A stretch of 64,000 bases of DNA from an uncultured Eubacteriales bacterium (GCA_900542425.1 UQNQ01000007.1:4119-68118), one strand, 5' to 3'; positions 26,152 through 35,326 are shown, counted from the stretch's first letter. The notes: generated by a model from the sequence alone, not told the origin. Program-made: numbers and translations.

Positions 26152-28236
26152 TTAATTTTTTCTTCGGGGCGGTTTGGATGAAGTATCGCTCCGCCTTTCC
26201 GGATTTTCAAAACGGCTTGGTGTAGATTTGTATCGAACAGTTTCAACTGAAACCGACTTTACATTTTCTCCATCATAAACTGGTTTTCCGTTCTCATAGA
26301 CTGGTCGGCGCTCCACTGCAGAATCGCCATGAATAGCAAACCATTGATGGCCGTCTTTGTCTTCATATACCTGATAGTCTCCTCTCGGAGTATCATAAAC
26401 AGCCGTATCGTAGAAGGCGGTGCCGCTGCCATCATCATGACGCACTTCAAAGTGTCCATCTCGCTGGCTTCCATCTACAGACATGATCTGCTGCTCATAT
26501 CCAGGCATAAAGTCTCTAAATACGCTTTGGTTATAAATGGTTGCTTCATCACCGTTTTCGAATTCAGGCACGGTGCCATGTTGAGCCATCGCATACCATT
26601 CCACACCATTGGCATCTGTCATAATGGAATGAGGTGCTTCAGGCTCTTGATAGAAGGCGCTGTTGTACCATGTAGTATTTCCAGTATCTGAAGACGCTTC
26701 CAGAACACCTTCACCCACAGTACGCAAAGATGTTCCTTCTGCTGCTCCTGGAAATACAGAGGCAACCTGAGCAGCTTCTGCTGCGTTTCCGGTAAATTCC
26801 GGTGTACTGTAGAATGCATTTCTGCCTTCGCCGCTTGCCATTTGATACCATTGTGTACCATCTGATGCGGTAACCACTGAGTGCGGTCCTTGTGGTTTTT
26901 CAAATTGAGATGCATTATACAGTTCCACATTTGAGCTTTTTCCATCAGCGCCGGTTGCAGTTGTGCTGATATGTCCTCCAGTAATCTGTGTTCCACTCAG
27001 TTTGTGATTGCCAAGCTGCGGCATATAATTTCCAAGGCTTCGGTCAGCAATTTCACCGGCTATGCTTCCGGAAACATTTGGTGTTCTTGAAGCGACAGAG
27101 GAAATTGATTCTCCAGTTAATGTAGCGCCATTTCTTGCAGCAATGCCACCAAAAGCACGACCCACAAAGCCAAATCCACCTCCGGCGCCCATTCTTGTTC
27201 CGCCATTTACTACAGCATCGCGTACATAGGAATTTCCCTTAAACTTACTTGCAAACCCAGCAGCGAATGACGAAGCAGCAGTTCCTCCAGCTGCACTCGA
27301 ACCTCCGTTGAATACATTTCCGGCACTTTTGGCTGCACTTCCTACACCAGAAAGTACACGGGCTGCCATCAGAATCTCCATTCCCATGCTTGATCCTGTT
27401 TGAGCGACATTTAAACCCATGGCCGCTAAATAGCTGTCAAATTTCTGGGCGGTTTTAAGAAATGCCAGAGCGCAGAACATCCAAAGGAAGATATTTCCCT
27501 GACCGTTTGACAGTGCGCCGGCATTCGCGATAAATTGTCCCACAGAAGTGCTGAAGCCTCTTAAAAACCATACATTCATGACCAACAGCAGCAGTTGCGA
27601 TCCAACCATGCGACACCAGGATTTAAAAACCTGTTCAGTTGCTTTGGAGCCACCCATGCAATATGCCAAGGGGGAAGTATAGCACAGTACTCCAACAACA
27701 ATATAGCGTTCTACTGTCTCTAGTAATAGTTTGAAATAGTTCCAACCAAGAGAGATTTCAAGAATGAGCATCAGTATAAGACCAACAACCGTTATCACAG
27801 AAACCAGCGTTGTTATTCCGCTTTTCAGCACATTTTCAACCCCGGCAAATGTAAAATCTTCTGCCGTCATCTGAATATCCATTAAAGCTGTGTAAGGAGC
27901 CCTTGCAATATCCAGCGTCAACTCGAAAATTGGCTTTGCAAATGCAATTAACACTGCAAAAATAGAACTTCTGGCAATTAACTGAAGAGGGTGTTCACTT
28001 TCCGTTATTGGTCCTCCAAATGCCTTGAACAACTGCCACACTGTTATTAAAAACAGCATAGCCCATGCAGTGTACTGCATAACATCAAATGCTTTTGAGA
28101 GAAACGGAAAGTATTCCTCCATTGCTGTCATATCGGTTCCAAGAGCAGAAAGAAATATTCCGGACACCGCATCCATTAGCTGGCTGACGATACTGGCAAC
28201 CCAATTAGCAATACCCTCAAAAATCCAATCTAATAT
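26152..28236 (-). CDS. VirB6/TrbL-like polytopic membrane protein with a repeat-containing C-terminal tail
   Basis: Multiple TM helices in the first ~270 aa. The track start is ATG 28176. The frame is open upstream to 28236 (ATA/TTA), 9 nt after a GGAGG. Confidence 0.8.
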   Translation of the reverse strand: MLDWIFEGIANWVASIVSQLMDAVSGIFLSALGTDMTAMEEYFPFLSKAFDVMQYTAWAMLFLITVWQLFKAFGGPITESEHPLQLIARSSIFAVLIAFAKPIFELTLDIARAPYTALMDIQMTAEDFTFAGVENVLKSGITTLVSVITVVGLILMLILEISLGWNYFKLLLETVERYIVVGVLCYTSPLAYCMGGSKATEQVFKSWCRMVGSQLLLLVMNVWFLRGFSTSVGQFIANAGALSNGQGNIFLWMFCALAFLKTAQKFDSYLAAMGLNVAQTGSSMGMEILMAARVLSGVGSAAKSAGNVFNGGSSAAGGTAASSFAAGFASKFKGNSYVRDAVVNGGTRMGAGGGFGFVGRAFGGIAARNGATLTGESISSVASRTPNVSGSIAGEIADRSLGNYMPQLGNHKLSGTQITGGHISTTATGADGKSSNVELYNASQFEKPQGPHSVVTASDGTQWYQMASGEGRNAFYSTPEFTGNAAEAAQVASVFPGAAEGTSLRTVGEGVLEASSDTGNTTWYNSAFYQEPEAPHSIMTDANGVEWYAMAQHGTVPEFENGDEATIYNQSVFRDFMPGYEQQIMSVDGSQRDGHFEVRHDDGSGTAFYDTAVYDTPRGDYQVYEDKDGHQWFAIHGDSAVERRPVYENGKPVYDGENVKSVSVETVRYKSTPSRFENPERRSDTSSKPPRRKN

Positions 28237-28284
28237 AGCGCATCACCTCCAATCCGCAACACTGATTATTTGGATTTGGAGGGA

Positions 28285-28647
28285 TTAAGTGCCTGTGTAT
28301 TGTCCGCCACTGACAAGCGGCTGCAGGTAGGCAACGATAAAGCCTAAACTGTTCAGAACAATCCACGTCACAACAATGCGCTTCAGCCAACTTGTCGCTT
28401 CGTCAACTGCACGCTGGTTTCTTGAAATCATACGAACCAGAAGTGCGACTGCCGCAGCAGTGACAGCTACGATTGTACTGATACCGGCCAGCTGCCCATA
28501 GACATCGCGCATTATTTTCGAGAAACGATCCCAGATCGTGTCAGCCATGATAGGCTGCAAAGAGATCAGTAACGCTGAAGCGGTGCTGACCAATGTCCAA
28601 TACCCATTTACCAGGTATCGTTTCCCTTTTTTGATCTGACTTGTCAT
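28285..28647 (-). CDS. VirB2/TrbC-like pilin-type small membrane protein
   Basis: Start at MTSQIKKGK (GGAGG SD). Signal-like segment plus two hydrophobic helices, and first gene of the T4SS block. Confidence 0.55.
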   Translation of the reverse strand: MTSQIKKGKRYLVNGYWTLVSTASALLISLQPIMADTIWDRFSKIMRDVYGQLAGISTIVAVTAAAVALLVRMISRNQRAVDEATSWLKRIVVTWIVLNSLGFIVAYLQPLVSGGQYTGT

Positions 28648-28673
28648 GCTGTATACCTCCTTTTTGATTGTGC

Positions 28674-28721
28674 AAAAAAACGCTGTTTCCATAGACCTTT
28701 CTCAGTCTCAGAAACAGCGTT
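28674..28721 (-). terminator. Strong intrinsic terminator immediately upstream of the T4SS genes
   Basis: Minus RNA forms AACGCUGUUUC...GAAACAGCGUU (11 bp plus an inner 4 bp) followed by U7. Confidence 0.7.
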
Positions 28722-28751
28722 TTATCGCCAGTCCCATTTTGGGATGATATA

Positions 28752-28780
28752 ATTATAACTCTTTTCCTTTTGCATGTCAT
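28752..28780 (-). promoter_or_regulatory. Putative promoter of the T4SS operon
   Basis: Minus strand reads ATGACA(28780-28775)-17 nt-TATAAT(28757-28752). Confidence 0.5.
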
Positions 28781-28839
28781 CGGCATATACCTTGCCAATT
28801 TATTTACATTTTTGTGCCATCCAATAGGACATTTTGTTT

Positions 28840-29478
28840 TCAGCATAAATCTTCAAGCAATGTCAGCACTTCAAACCACGAATCCATCTCGGTAGAAGGA
28901 ACTGACCAAAGTCGTAAAGAAATGATGCCAATTGCCTGCGTTCGAAGCCTGTAATAATGCCGTGAGGAAATGTTGAGTCGGTATAACAGTTCGTTGTGAG
29001 AAAGTTTTTCGGGTGCAAGATATGTCATGTAGATTACTTCATACATTTTTTCGCCGTGTTCCGGTTTTCTCTTCAGAACGGTTAGTGCCTCATTCACTCG
29101 ATCCAGGAGAAGTCTGGATTTTTTTATGCTTTCGATTCTACTTTCCAACTTTTTGTTATCCAAGCTAAGTTCTACATCGATGTAACGCAGTATAGCATCC
29201 AAATCATTCAAAGGGCGATCCAGTTCATCAACAATAGTCGTTGGAAAACACTCCAGTGCCCAAACAATACTTCGGTAATTTTGCAAAAGCATCTCAGTAT
29301 TGTGATATGTACGACGCTTTTTATCTTTTTGCACCTGTCTGATCTTATCATCGTCAATATCAGCATCACAAAGGATTCCACGCTGTGTCAGAAGCTTAAT
29401 AAATGCTGCTGACTGCGCAGAAAGGCGGCTTTCCTGCTGTTCATATGCAGATTGTTCTGCTTTTTTATTCTCGCTCAT
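28840..29478 (-). CDS. Sigma region-4-like / ArpU-like transcriptional regulator
   Basis: Start at MSENKKAEQ. The C-terminus MYEVIYMTYLAPEKLSHNELLYRLNISSRHYYRLRTQAIGIISLRLW is a region-4-type HTH. Confidence 0.55.
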   Translation of the reverse strand: MSENKKAEQSAYEQQESRLSAQSAAFIKLLTQRGILCDADIDDDKIRQVQKDKKRRTYHNTEMLLQNYRSIVWALECFPTTIVDELDRPLNDLDAILRYIDVELSLDNKKLESRIESIKKSRLLLDRVNEALTVLKRKPEHGEKMYEVIYMTYLAPEKLSHNELLYRLNISSRHYYRLRTQAIGIISLRLWSVPSTEMDSWFEVLTLLEDLC

Positions 29479-30535
29479 AGTAACTCTCCTTTGATTTTTT
29501 GAATTCTGGAAAATGAACACAAGGTCCTCGTATATTCTCAAAATTCTCTAAAGGTGAGATATATACTACTTCCTTGCAGTCATAATTACAATTCTTACAA
29601 TTCCAACAATGCAGAGAAAAATACGCGCGTATTATAGGGCTCGAAAGTGCAACGCGATTTTCAGCTTTGCTGTTTTCTCCCGGCTTTTCGATACGTTCAG
29701 CAGATGTTTTTACACTAAACCATGCGATCATGCGGGATAAGCGTTCATGGTCTGTACCTTCAATATGTACATTGGCTGCTGAAATGCGTATTTCTTCGAT
29801 AATGCGTACAACATTCGCCTGTGTAGGCAGTGAAACCTCTGTACCGGTTTGATACAATTGATTAAAAATGAGACATCCATAGGAGCCGGGAAGACGATAC
29901 AGCGCGAAGACATCCTTATACTTTTGAAAGAAACGCCATACTTTTGTCTTTTCCCATTTCCATCTCTGTCCCATGGTTTCCAAGGTTAATAAAGCTTTCC
30001 GTCGTTCAAATTGAACGGTTGGTGCCAATAAAGAGAAAATATTTCCTGAATCCTGCCAGACAGTATGACACCAAAGATCTAACCATGCATCCGATTCACT
30101 GAATTTACGGTTACTATCTGCCAGCCTCTGAGTAATATCTCTCGGAAGACAAATAAAGCCATATCCGTCACTCGCATAAACAGTACCTTCAGAACATTCA
30201 GCACCAGAACATTTTACAACCCAGTCATTGATTTGATAGGTTAGCTTTTTCGTATTTGGATCCAAAGTGTAGCTGATATATCCTAAAGTGGATAATTCAT
30301 TCATTATTTCTAAGGTCTGTGCTCGGCTCTTCAAGCCAAGAATGCTTTTAAGTCCAACAATTCCACCAGACCACATTCCTGGGATTACCTCATTTTTGTA
30401 TCCACAATAAAGGGCATGTCCCTTTCGAAACGCTGCACGAGATGCCAGCTTTGCCCAGTAACCCATTAGCCCCTTGCCCTGAGGTAAATATGCCCGAGAC
30501 AGTTTTACCCACTGGTACTTTAACAAGCATTTCAT
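29465..30535 (-). CDS. Hypothetical DNA-binding-like protein (two winged-helix-like segments, Cys-rich tail)
   Basis: 356-aa ORF with segments TLEIMNELSTLGYISYTL and LTLETMGQRWKWEKTKVWRFF, and a CWNCKNCNYDC cluster near the end. Confidence 0.55.
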   Translation of the reverse strand: MKCLLKYQWVKLSRAYLPQGKGLMGYWAKLASRAAFRKGHALYCGYKNEVIPGMWSGGIVGLKSILGLKSRAQTLEIMNELSTLGYISYTLDPNTKKLTYQINDWVVKCSGAECSEGTVYASDGYGFICLPRDITQRLADSNRKFSESDAWLDLWCHTVWQDSGNIFSLLAPTVQFERRKALLTLETMGQRWKWEKTKVWRFFQKYKDVFALYRLPGSYGCLIFNQLYQTGTEVSLPTQANVVRIIEEIRISAANVHIEGTDHERLSRMIAWFSVKTSAERIEKPGENSKAENRVALSSPIIRAYFSLHCWNCKNCNYDCKEVVYISPLENFENIRGPCVHFPEFKKSKESYYERE

Positions 30536-30573
30536 GACAGCGTTCTCCTTTCTTAAATTTTGATATGAAAATA

Positions 30574-30601
30574 GGGCAGTCCTTATTTAAAGAAACTGCC
30601 C
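30574..30601 (-). terminator. Hairpin/terminator after the DUF5348-like gene
   Basis: GGGCAGT/ACTGCCC stem, followed on the minus strand by UAUUUUC. Confidence 0.4.
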
Positions 30602-30612
30602 CTAATGAATAT

Positions 30613-30825
30613 TTAGATTCTTACTCTCAAACCTATAAGATTACCTGTTTTAATTCCAACCAGATACCATTGATCGTTTATCTCTATTCTGGTAGGAACC
30701 CATTTATTATTCACAAATACCTCCATACTTGTTCCGCAATGAAGCCCTCCATAATAATCATCCAAATCAAATCGAATATCCATCCGATCTGTATCATGAT
30801 CATAAATCAATACGCCTTGCCTCAT
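30613..30825 (-). CDS. DUF5348-like small protein
   Basis: 70 aa: MRQGVLIYDHDTDRMDIRF..LHCGTSMEVFVNNKWVPTRIE. Family recalled from memory. Confidence 0.55.
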   Translation of the reverse strand: MRQGVLIYDHDTDRMDIRFDLDDYYGGLHCGTSMEVFVNNKWVPTRIEINDQWYLVGIKTGNLIGLRVRI

Positions 30826-30885
30826 TTAAAGTATCCTCCTATGCTTTGGTAAAATTGAATACACATTTGAGCCTTGATATAAATT

Positions 30886-30918
30886 AAAGCCGGATTGATT
30901 GTTACTCAATCCGGCTTT
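30886..30918 (-). terminator. Hairpin/terminator after the excisionase-like genes
   Basis: AAAGCCGGATTGA/TCAATCCGGCTTT, a 13-bp stem with a 7-nt loop. Confidence 0.5.
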
Positions 30919-31067
30919 CTGTGGCAGTTATTGAATTATAGAGTTTTTTGGATTCTCATACTGAGATTTGGACAAAAGCAGTGAAAATCCAAAATGAATG
31001 GCTAAAATTTGCTTGTATTGCAATCCTGCAGTTTGATATTCTTCCTCTATGTAGCCCCCTTCCGCTT

Positions 31068-31322
31068 TTACTCATTACTGTTTTGTTGCGTTTTTTCTTT
31101 TCGATACAATTGTCGCAAATACTCTTCAAAAATGCTACGTCGTATTAAAACCTTTTTACCGATCTTATATACAGCCCCGGCCTCTCGTGCCATACGAGTA
31201 AATACTTTTAGCCCGAGACCATAATAATCAGCGCCTTGATAATAGGTTATAAAATCACGCTTTAACATTTCTATATCTTCATCGTCAAGCATATCCGAAA
31301 ACATCCACAGGTTTCCACTCAT
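31068..31322 (-). CDS. Excisionase-like/MerR-type HTH small protein (paralog 2)
   Basis: AREAGAVYKIGKKVLIRRSIFEEYL parallels the neighbouring gene. Confidence 0.55.
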   Translation of the reverse strand: MSGNLWMFSDMLDDEDIEMLKRDFITYYQGADYYGLGLKVFTRMAREAGAVYKIGKKVLIRRSIFEEYLRQLYRKEKTQQNSNE

Positions 31323-31591
31323 TCCTCCTCCTCCTTAAAATTCAAAGTGCTTGGTTCACGAAACCGTTCCAAATATTCATCAAAAATATCTCGGTTAATC
31401 AAAACCGTACTATCCATTCGATAGATTGCTCCTGCCTCACTGGCAAGTTCCATCAGTTTTTTATGCTGAATGCTATAAACAATTTCCGCATCTTTATAGC
31501 GGAGAAACTGTTTACGAAGTCTCTTAGCACTTTCACGCACCTCATTGCGTTTTTTTAGGTCATAATATGCCTTTGTCTCGTCACTAATCAT
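31319..31591 (-). CDS. Excisionase-like/MerR-type HTH small protein (paralog 1)
   Basis: ASEAGAIYRMDSTVLINRDIFDEYL. There is a 4-nt overlap with paralog 2. Confidence 0.55.
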   Translation of the reverse strand: MISDETKAYYDLKKRNEVRESAKRLRKQFLRYKDAEIVYSIQHKKLMELASEAGAIYRMDSTVLINRDIFDEYLERFREPSTLNFKEEEE

Positions 31592-31652
31592 GATTTCATT
31601 CCTTTCTTTCTATTCAAATCATTTCTGTCATAACAAAAGCTAACCCTAAACG

Positions 31653-31697
31653 AAAAAAGAGAACACTCCTGAAATTACTTTCAAAAAGTGTTCTCTT
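31653..31697 (-). terminator. Terminator-like hairpin in the lysS/ICE junction
   Basis: AAGAGAACACT(31657-31667)/AGTGTTCTCTT(31687-31697), followed by a U-run on the minus strand. Confidence 0.45.
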
Positions 31698-31724
31698 AGC
31701 AGTAAGTGCTATTTTGCATCTTGA

Positions 31725-31796
31725 GTTGACAACAATTCATTTTGCGCTGTATTTCTCCATATCGCTATGAAAAATTGTTGTCAATTTGTTGTCAAC
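31725..31796. repeat. Inverted plus direct repeats of TTGTTGTCAA at the lysS/ICE junction
   Basis: GTTGACAACAATT(31725-31737), AATTGTTGTCAA(31773-31784), TTGTTGTCAAC(31786-31796). Confidence 0.5.
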
Positions 31797-31835
31797 TGGG
31801 ATTTGATGTGCTGCAAACCCGCATAAACACTGGGT

Positions 31836-33350
31836 TTATTTGTCCAGAGGCTTCATTGTGGGGAAAAGCAATACATCCCGGATTGCTGCGGAATCCGTCA
31901 TCAGCATACACATACGGTCGATGCCGAATCCGATTCCTCCTGTCGGAGGCATTCCGATCTCCAACGCGTTAAGGAAATCCTCATCCGTATGATTGGCCTC
32001 TTCATCGCCTTTGGCAAACAGTTCCTCTTGAGCGGCAAAACGCTCCCGCTGATCGATCGGATCATTTAATTCAGAGTAAGCATTTGCCATCTCCCATCCA
32101 TTCATAAAGAATTCAAAGCGCTCCACATAGTCAGGATTATCCGGCTTTCTCTTTGTCAAAGGAGAAATTTCAACAGGATGGTCCATCACAAACACCGGTT
32201 GGATCAAATGCTTTTCGACAAACTCCTCAAAGAACAAATTGAGTATATCTCCCTTTTTATGACGCTCTTCGTAATGGATTCCTTTGGCATCAGCAACTTC
32301 ACGTGCCGCTTCCAGCGTATGGATTTCACTGAAATCCACTCCCGAATATTTCTTGACAGCATCTACCATTGTAATTCTTTCAAACGGCTTTCCGAGATCC
32401 ATTTCTACTCCGCCATACACAAGTTTGGTAGTACCAAGCACTTCCTTCGCGACAAAGCGGTATAAATTTTCAGTCAAATCCATCATGCCATGATAGTCGG
32501 TATATGCCTGATACAGCTCCATCAGTGTAAATTCTGGATTGTGTCGGGTATCAAGTCCTTCATTGCGGAAAACACGTCCGATTTCATATACACGCTCAAA
32601 GCCGCCGACAATCAACCGCTTGAGATAAAGCTCCAAGGATATGCGAAGCTTGAAATCCTCGTCCAATGCATTGAAATGGGTTTCAAACGGTCTTGCCGCC
32701 GCCCCACCGGCATTGGAAACCAACATCGGAGTTTCTACCTCCATAAAACCAATGGAATCGAGATAACGGCGGATCGCACGGATAATTTTTGACCGTTTGA
32801 TAAATGTATTCTTTGCTTCCGGATTCATAATGAGATCAATATAACGCTGACGATATCTCGCGTCAATATTGGTAAGGCCATGGAATTTTTCAGGCAGTAC
32901 CTGCAAACTTTTGGAAAGCAAGGTTATCTCTGAAGCATGAACGGAAATTTCACCTGTTTTCGTACGAAATACTTCGCCGCGAACACCGATGATATCTCCG
33001 ACATCAAATTTTTTAAATGCAGAATACGGTTCCTCGCCCACACTATCGCGCGCAACATATACCTGCATATTTCCTTGCAAATCCTGTATATGACAGAAAG
33101 ACGCTTTTCCCATCACACGTTTGGACATCATTCTTCCGGCAATGCTGACCGTTTTTCCCTCCAGCGATTCAAAACAAGTGCGAATTTCTTCACTGTGATG
33201 TGTTACATCATATTTGGTCAGTACAAAGGGATCTTTTCCCTCCGCTTTCAATGCCGCAAGCTTATCTCTGCGAATTTGCAGAATTTCACTGAGTCTTTCT
33301 TTTGAAAGCTCTTCCGTTTCATTTTGCATCTGTCTTGTTTCTTCTGTCAT
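31836..33350 (-). CDS. lysS: Lysine--tRNA ligase (class II)
   Basis: Start at MTEETRQ (AGGAG SD). Class II motifs include [22 protein letters not shown] and [14 protein letters not shown]. Confidence 0.95.
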   Translation of the reverse strand: MTEETRQMQNETEELSKERLSEILQIRRDKLAALKAEGKDPFVLTKYDVTHHSEEIRTCFESLEGKTVSIAGRMMSKRVMGKASFCHIQDLQGNMQVYVARDSVGEEPYSAFKKFDVGDIIGVRGEVFRTKTGEISVHASEITLLSKSLQVLPEKFHGLTNIDARYRQRYIDLIMNPEAKNTFIKRSKIIRAIRRYLDSIGFMEVETPMLVSNAGGAAARPFETHFNALDEDFKLRISLELYLKRLIVGGFERVYEIGRVFRNEGLDTRHNPEFTLMELYQAYTDYHGMMDLTENLYRFVAKEVLGTTKLVYGGVEMDLGKPFERITMVDAVKKYSGVDFSEIHTLEAAREVADAKGIHYEERHKKGDILNLFFEEFVEKHLIQPVFVMDHPVEISPLTKRKPDNPDYVERFEFFMNGWEMANAYSELNDPIDQRERFAAQEELFAKGDEEANHTDEDFLNALEIGMPPTGGIGFGIDRMCMLMTDSAAIRDVLLFPTMKPLDK

Positions 33351-33375
33351 TTTAAGACTCCTATCCAAATAATTT

Positions 33376-33858
33376 TTAGCTGTCTTTCTTTTCAATCTTT
33401 AATACTTTGAATTTTGCAACGCCATCGGGAACTTCCACGGAAACAATATCTCCTACTTTCGTGCCGATAAGAGCTTTCCCAATGGGGGACTGATCCGAAA
33501 TCTTATTTTCAAGAGGATCCACTTCTCTGGGGCTGACAATCTGATATTCGACTTCTTCATCGAAATCCATATCATATACCGTAACACAAATACCCACACT
33601 CACCATGTCGGTTTGGATTTCATGATCGCTAATTACCTTAGCATGATTGATCGTTTCCTCAAGTTCTGAAATTTGTGCTTCGATTTTTGCCTGTTCATTT
33701 TTGGCTTCATCATATTCACTGTTCTCCGAAAGATCTCCGAAAGAACGTGCAATTCCAACGTTTTCCGCCGCTTCCTTTCTTTTGACGTTCTTTAAATAGT
33801 CAAGCTCCTCTTTGAGCTTCTGGTAGCTACTTTCTGTAACGACAATCTGTTTTGCCAT
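33376..33858 (-). CDS. greA: Transcription elongation factor GreA
   Basis: [24 protein letters not shown] and the C-terminal [14 protein letters not shown]. Confidence 0.95.
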   Translation of the reverse strand: MAKQIVVTESSYQKLKEELDYLKNVKRKEAAENVGIARSFGDLSENSEYDEAKNEQAKIEAQISELEETINHAKVISDHEIQTDMVSVGICVTVYDMDFDEEVEYQIVSPREVDPLENKISDQSPIGKALIGTKVGDIVSVEVPDGVAKFKVLKIEKKDS

Positions 33859-33895
33859 AGTTTACAATCTCCTTAGAGTAAATATATTTTCATGC

Positions 33896-35326
33896 TTATG
33901 AATGAGAATGAATCGCTTCAAGCGCCGCAGCAAGCTGCGTATCCTGACTGTGCTCAATAAGAAACAAATTTTCATTTTGAAGCTCTTCGGGAAGTGTCAC
34001 TGCAATATCGGGCGTAATTCCGATTCCGTCATAATTTTCGGAAAACGGAGGATTATAGAAAAAGTTTGTGATAAATACGACACTGCCGTCGGACAAATAG
34101 AAGCCCTGCTGTCCGCATCCCTTTCCATAGGTGCGCGTACCAACCACTTCCGCCTTATCATAATCCTTAAGTGCCGAAGTAAACAGTTCTGCGGCAGAAG
34201 CGGTATTTTCATTTGCAAGAACCATCATAGGAAGATCAATTTCTTTCACATCCGAACGATAAGTCTCGATCTCTTCTCCGTTTGCATCAATAATATGAGC
34301 AATCGGACCTTCCGGCAGCAGAAAATCCAGTATATCGCAAATTGCTGAAAGCTCACCGCCTGGATTATCGCGGACATCAAAAATAAAACCTTCTACCCCT
34401 GCCTCTATCATAGAATTGACAGCGTTTTTAAATTGGGACACCGTAACCTGCATAAATTCGATAATTCGAATATAGCCGTATTTCTTGCCATCCTTTTCCA
34501 TAATTTCGGAAACAATGGTCTCCACGGTATAATGACCCCGCGTTACCTCTAAATGACTGGTCGTTCCGTCTCTGAGAATGTCAATGATGACAACGCTTCC
34601 GACCTCACCGCTGATGGCATTCACCGCAGCATCATATCCGACTTCGGAAATTTTCTGACCGTCCACTGCAATCAGAATATCTCCTTTCCGGATTCCGGCA
34701 TTCTCTGCCGGAGAGCCACTCATTACATGCGCAATCTCAATCTCGCCGGAAGTAAGCGGTACGACATACACACCGATTCCAACTGAATCCCCGGCAGAGG
34801 ATGAAACGGACGCTGCCCATTCCTCCGCAGTATAATAGGAAGCATAACGGTCACCGGAAGATAAAATATACATTCGAGAAAGCGTTTCATCTAGCAGCTC
34901 CGAATCTACCTCATATAAATATTCCTTGTCATACAGCTCGGCGATTTCTATCAATTTATCCAAACCAGAAAACCGTGCGTACGCCTCATTCAAATCTCTC
35001 TCATGTTCCAGCGTGAGAGCAACATAAGTTGTCTGAAACACCAGCAATCCGGCAAGCAGAATGCCGACAATAAAGGCGCCGAGAGAAATCTTCAGCGGCT
35101 TTCTCGGTTTTCTTGGCTTCGGAATCTTTTTCACATCGGATTTTACAGGTATATCAGCCGGTACAGGCGACGAAGTTCCTTCTTCCTGCTTCGGGTGATC
35201 CTGTTCTGTTCCCGGATGCGGTTCCTGCTCATGGGCTTCAGACAAATCCGCAGGTGTGACATTCTCGCCGGACATATCAGTCGGACGATTGTCGTCCGAG
35301 CCGTTCAATTTTTCTAAATTATCCAT
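33896..35326 (-). CDS. S41 family C-terminal processing peptidase (TM anchor, PDZ, S41 domain)
   Basis: PDZ segment SPAENAGIRKGDILIAVDG. S41 core DVRDNPGG, NENTASAAELF and the YGKG box. Start placed at MDNLEK after GGAGG. Confidence 0.85.
   Translation of the reverse strand: MDNLEKLNGSDDNRPTDMSGENVTPADLSEAHEQEPHPGTEQDHPKQEEGTSSPVPADIPVKSDVKKIPKPRKPRKPLKISLGAFIVGILLAGLLVFQTTYVALTLEHERDLNEAYARFSGLDKLIEIAELYDKEYLYEVDSELLDETLSRMYILSSGDRYASYYTAEEWAASVSSSAGDSVGIGVYVVPLTSGEIEIAHVMSGSPAENAGIRKGDILIAVDGQKISEVGYDAAVNAISGEVGSVVIIDILRDGTTSHLEVTRGHYTVETIVSEIMEKDGKKYGYIRIIEFMQVTVSQFKNAVNSMIEAGVEGFIFDVRDNPGGELSAICDILDFLLPEGPIAHIIDANGEEIETYRSDVKEIDLPMMVLANENTASAAELFTSALKDYDKAEVVGTRTYGKGCGQQGFYLSDGSVVFITNFFYNPPFSENYDGIGITPDIAVTLPEELQNENLFLIEHSQDTQLAAALEAIHSHS

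Larger units (their letters stand above)
1..31797 (-). mobile_element. Partial integrative conjugative element (Gram-positive MPF-FA type T4SS module, adhesin module, regulatory switch, cargo). The left end is outside the window. The right boundary lies somewhere in 31592-31835, next to the lysS 3' end.
   Basis: Contiguous minus-strand array of VirB2/VirB6/VirB1-analog/VirB3/VirB4/VirD4-like genes plus excisionase-like genes abutting lysS. Composition looks more AT-rich than the housekeeping half (by eye, not computed). Exact att sites could not be determined. Confidence 0.75.

Noticed and set aside
31742-31972. 76-aa + strand ORF crossing the lysS 3' end, and the 94-aa ORF at 5659-5943
   Set aside because: Both overlap terminators, repeats and the ends of convincing genes. 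They have no SD and an odd composition.
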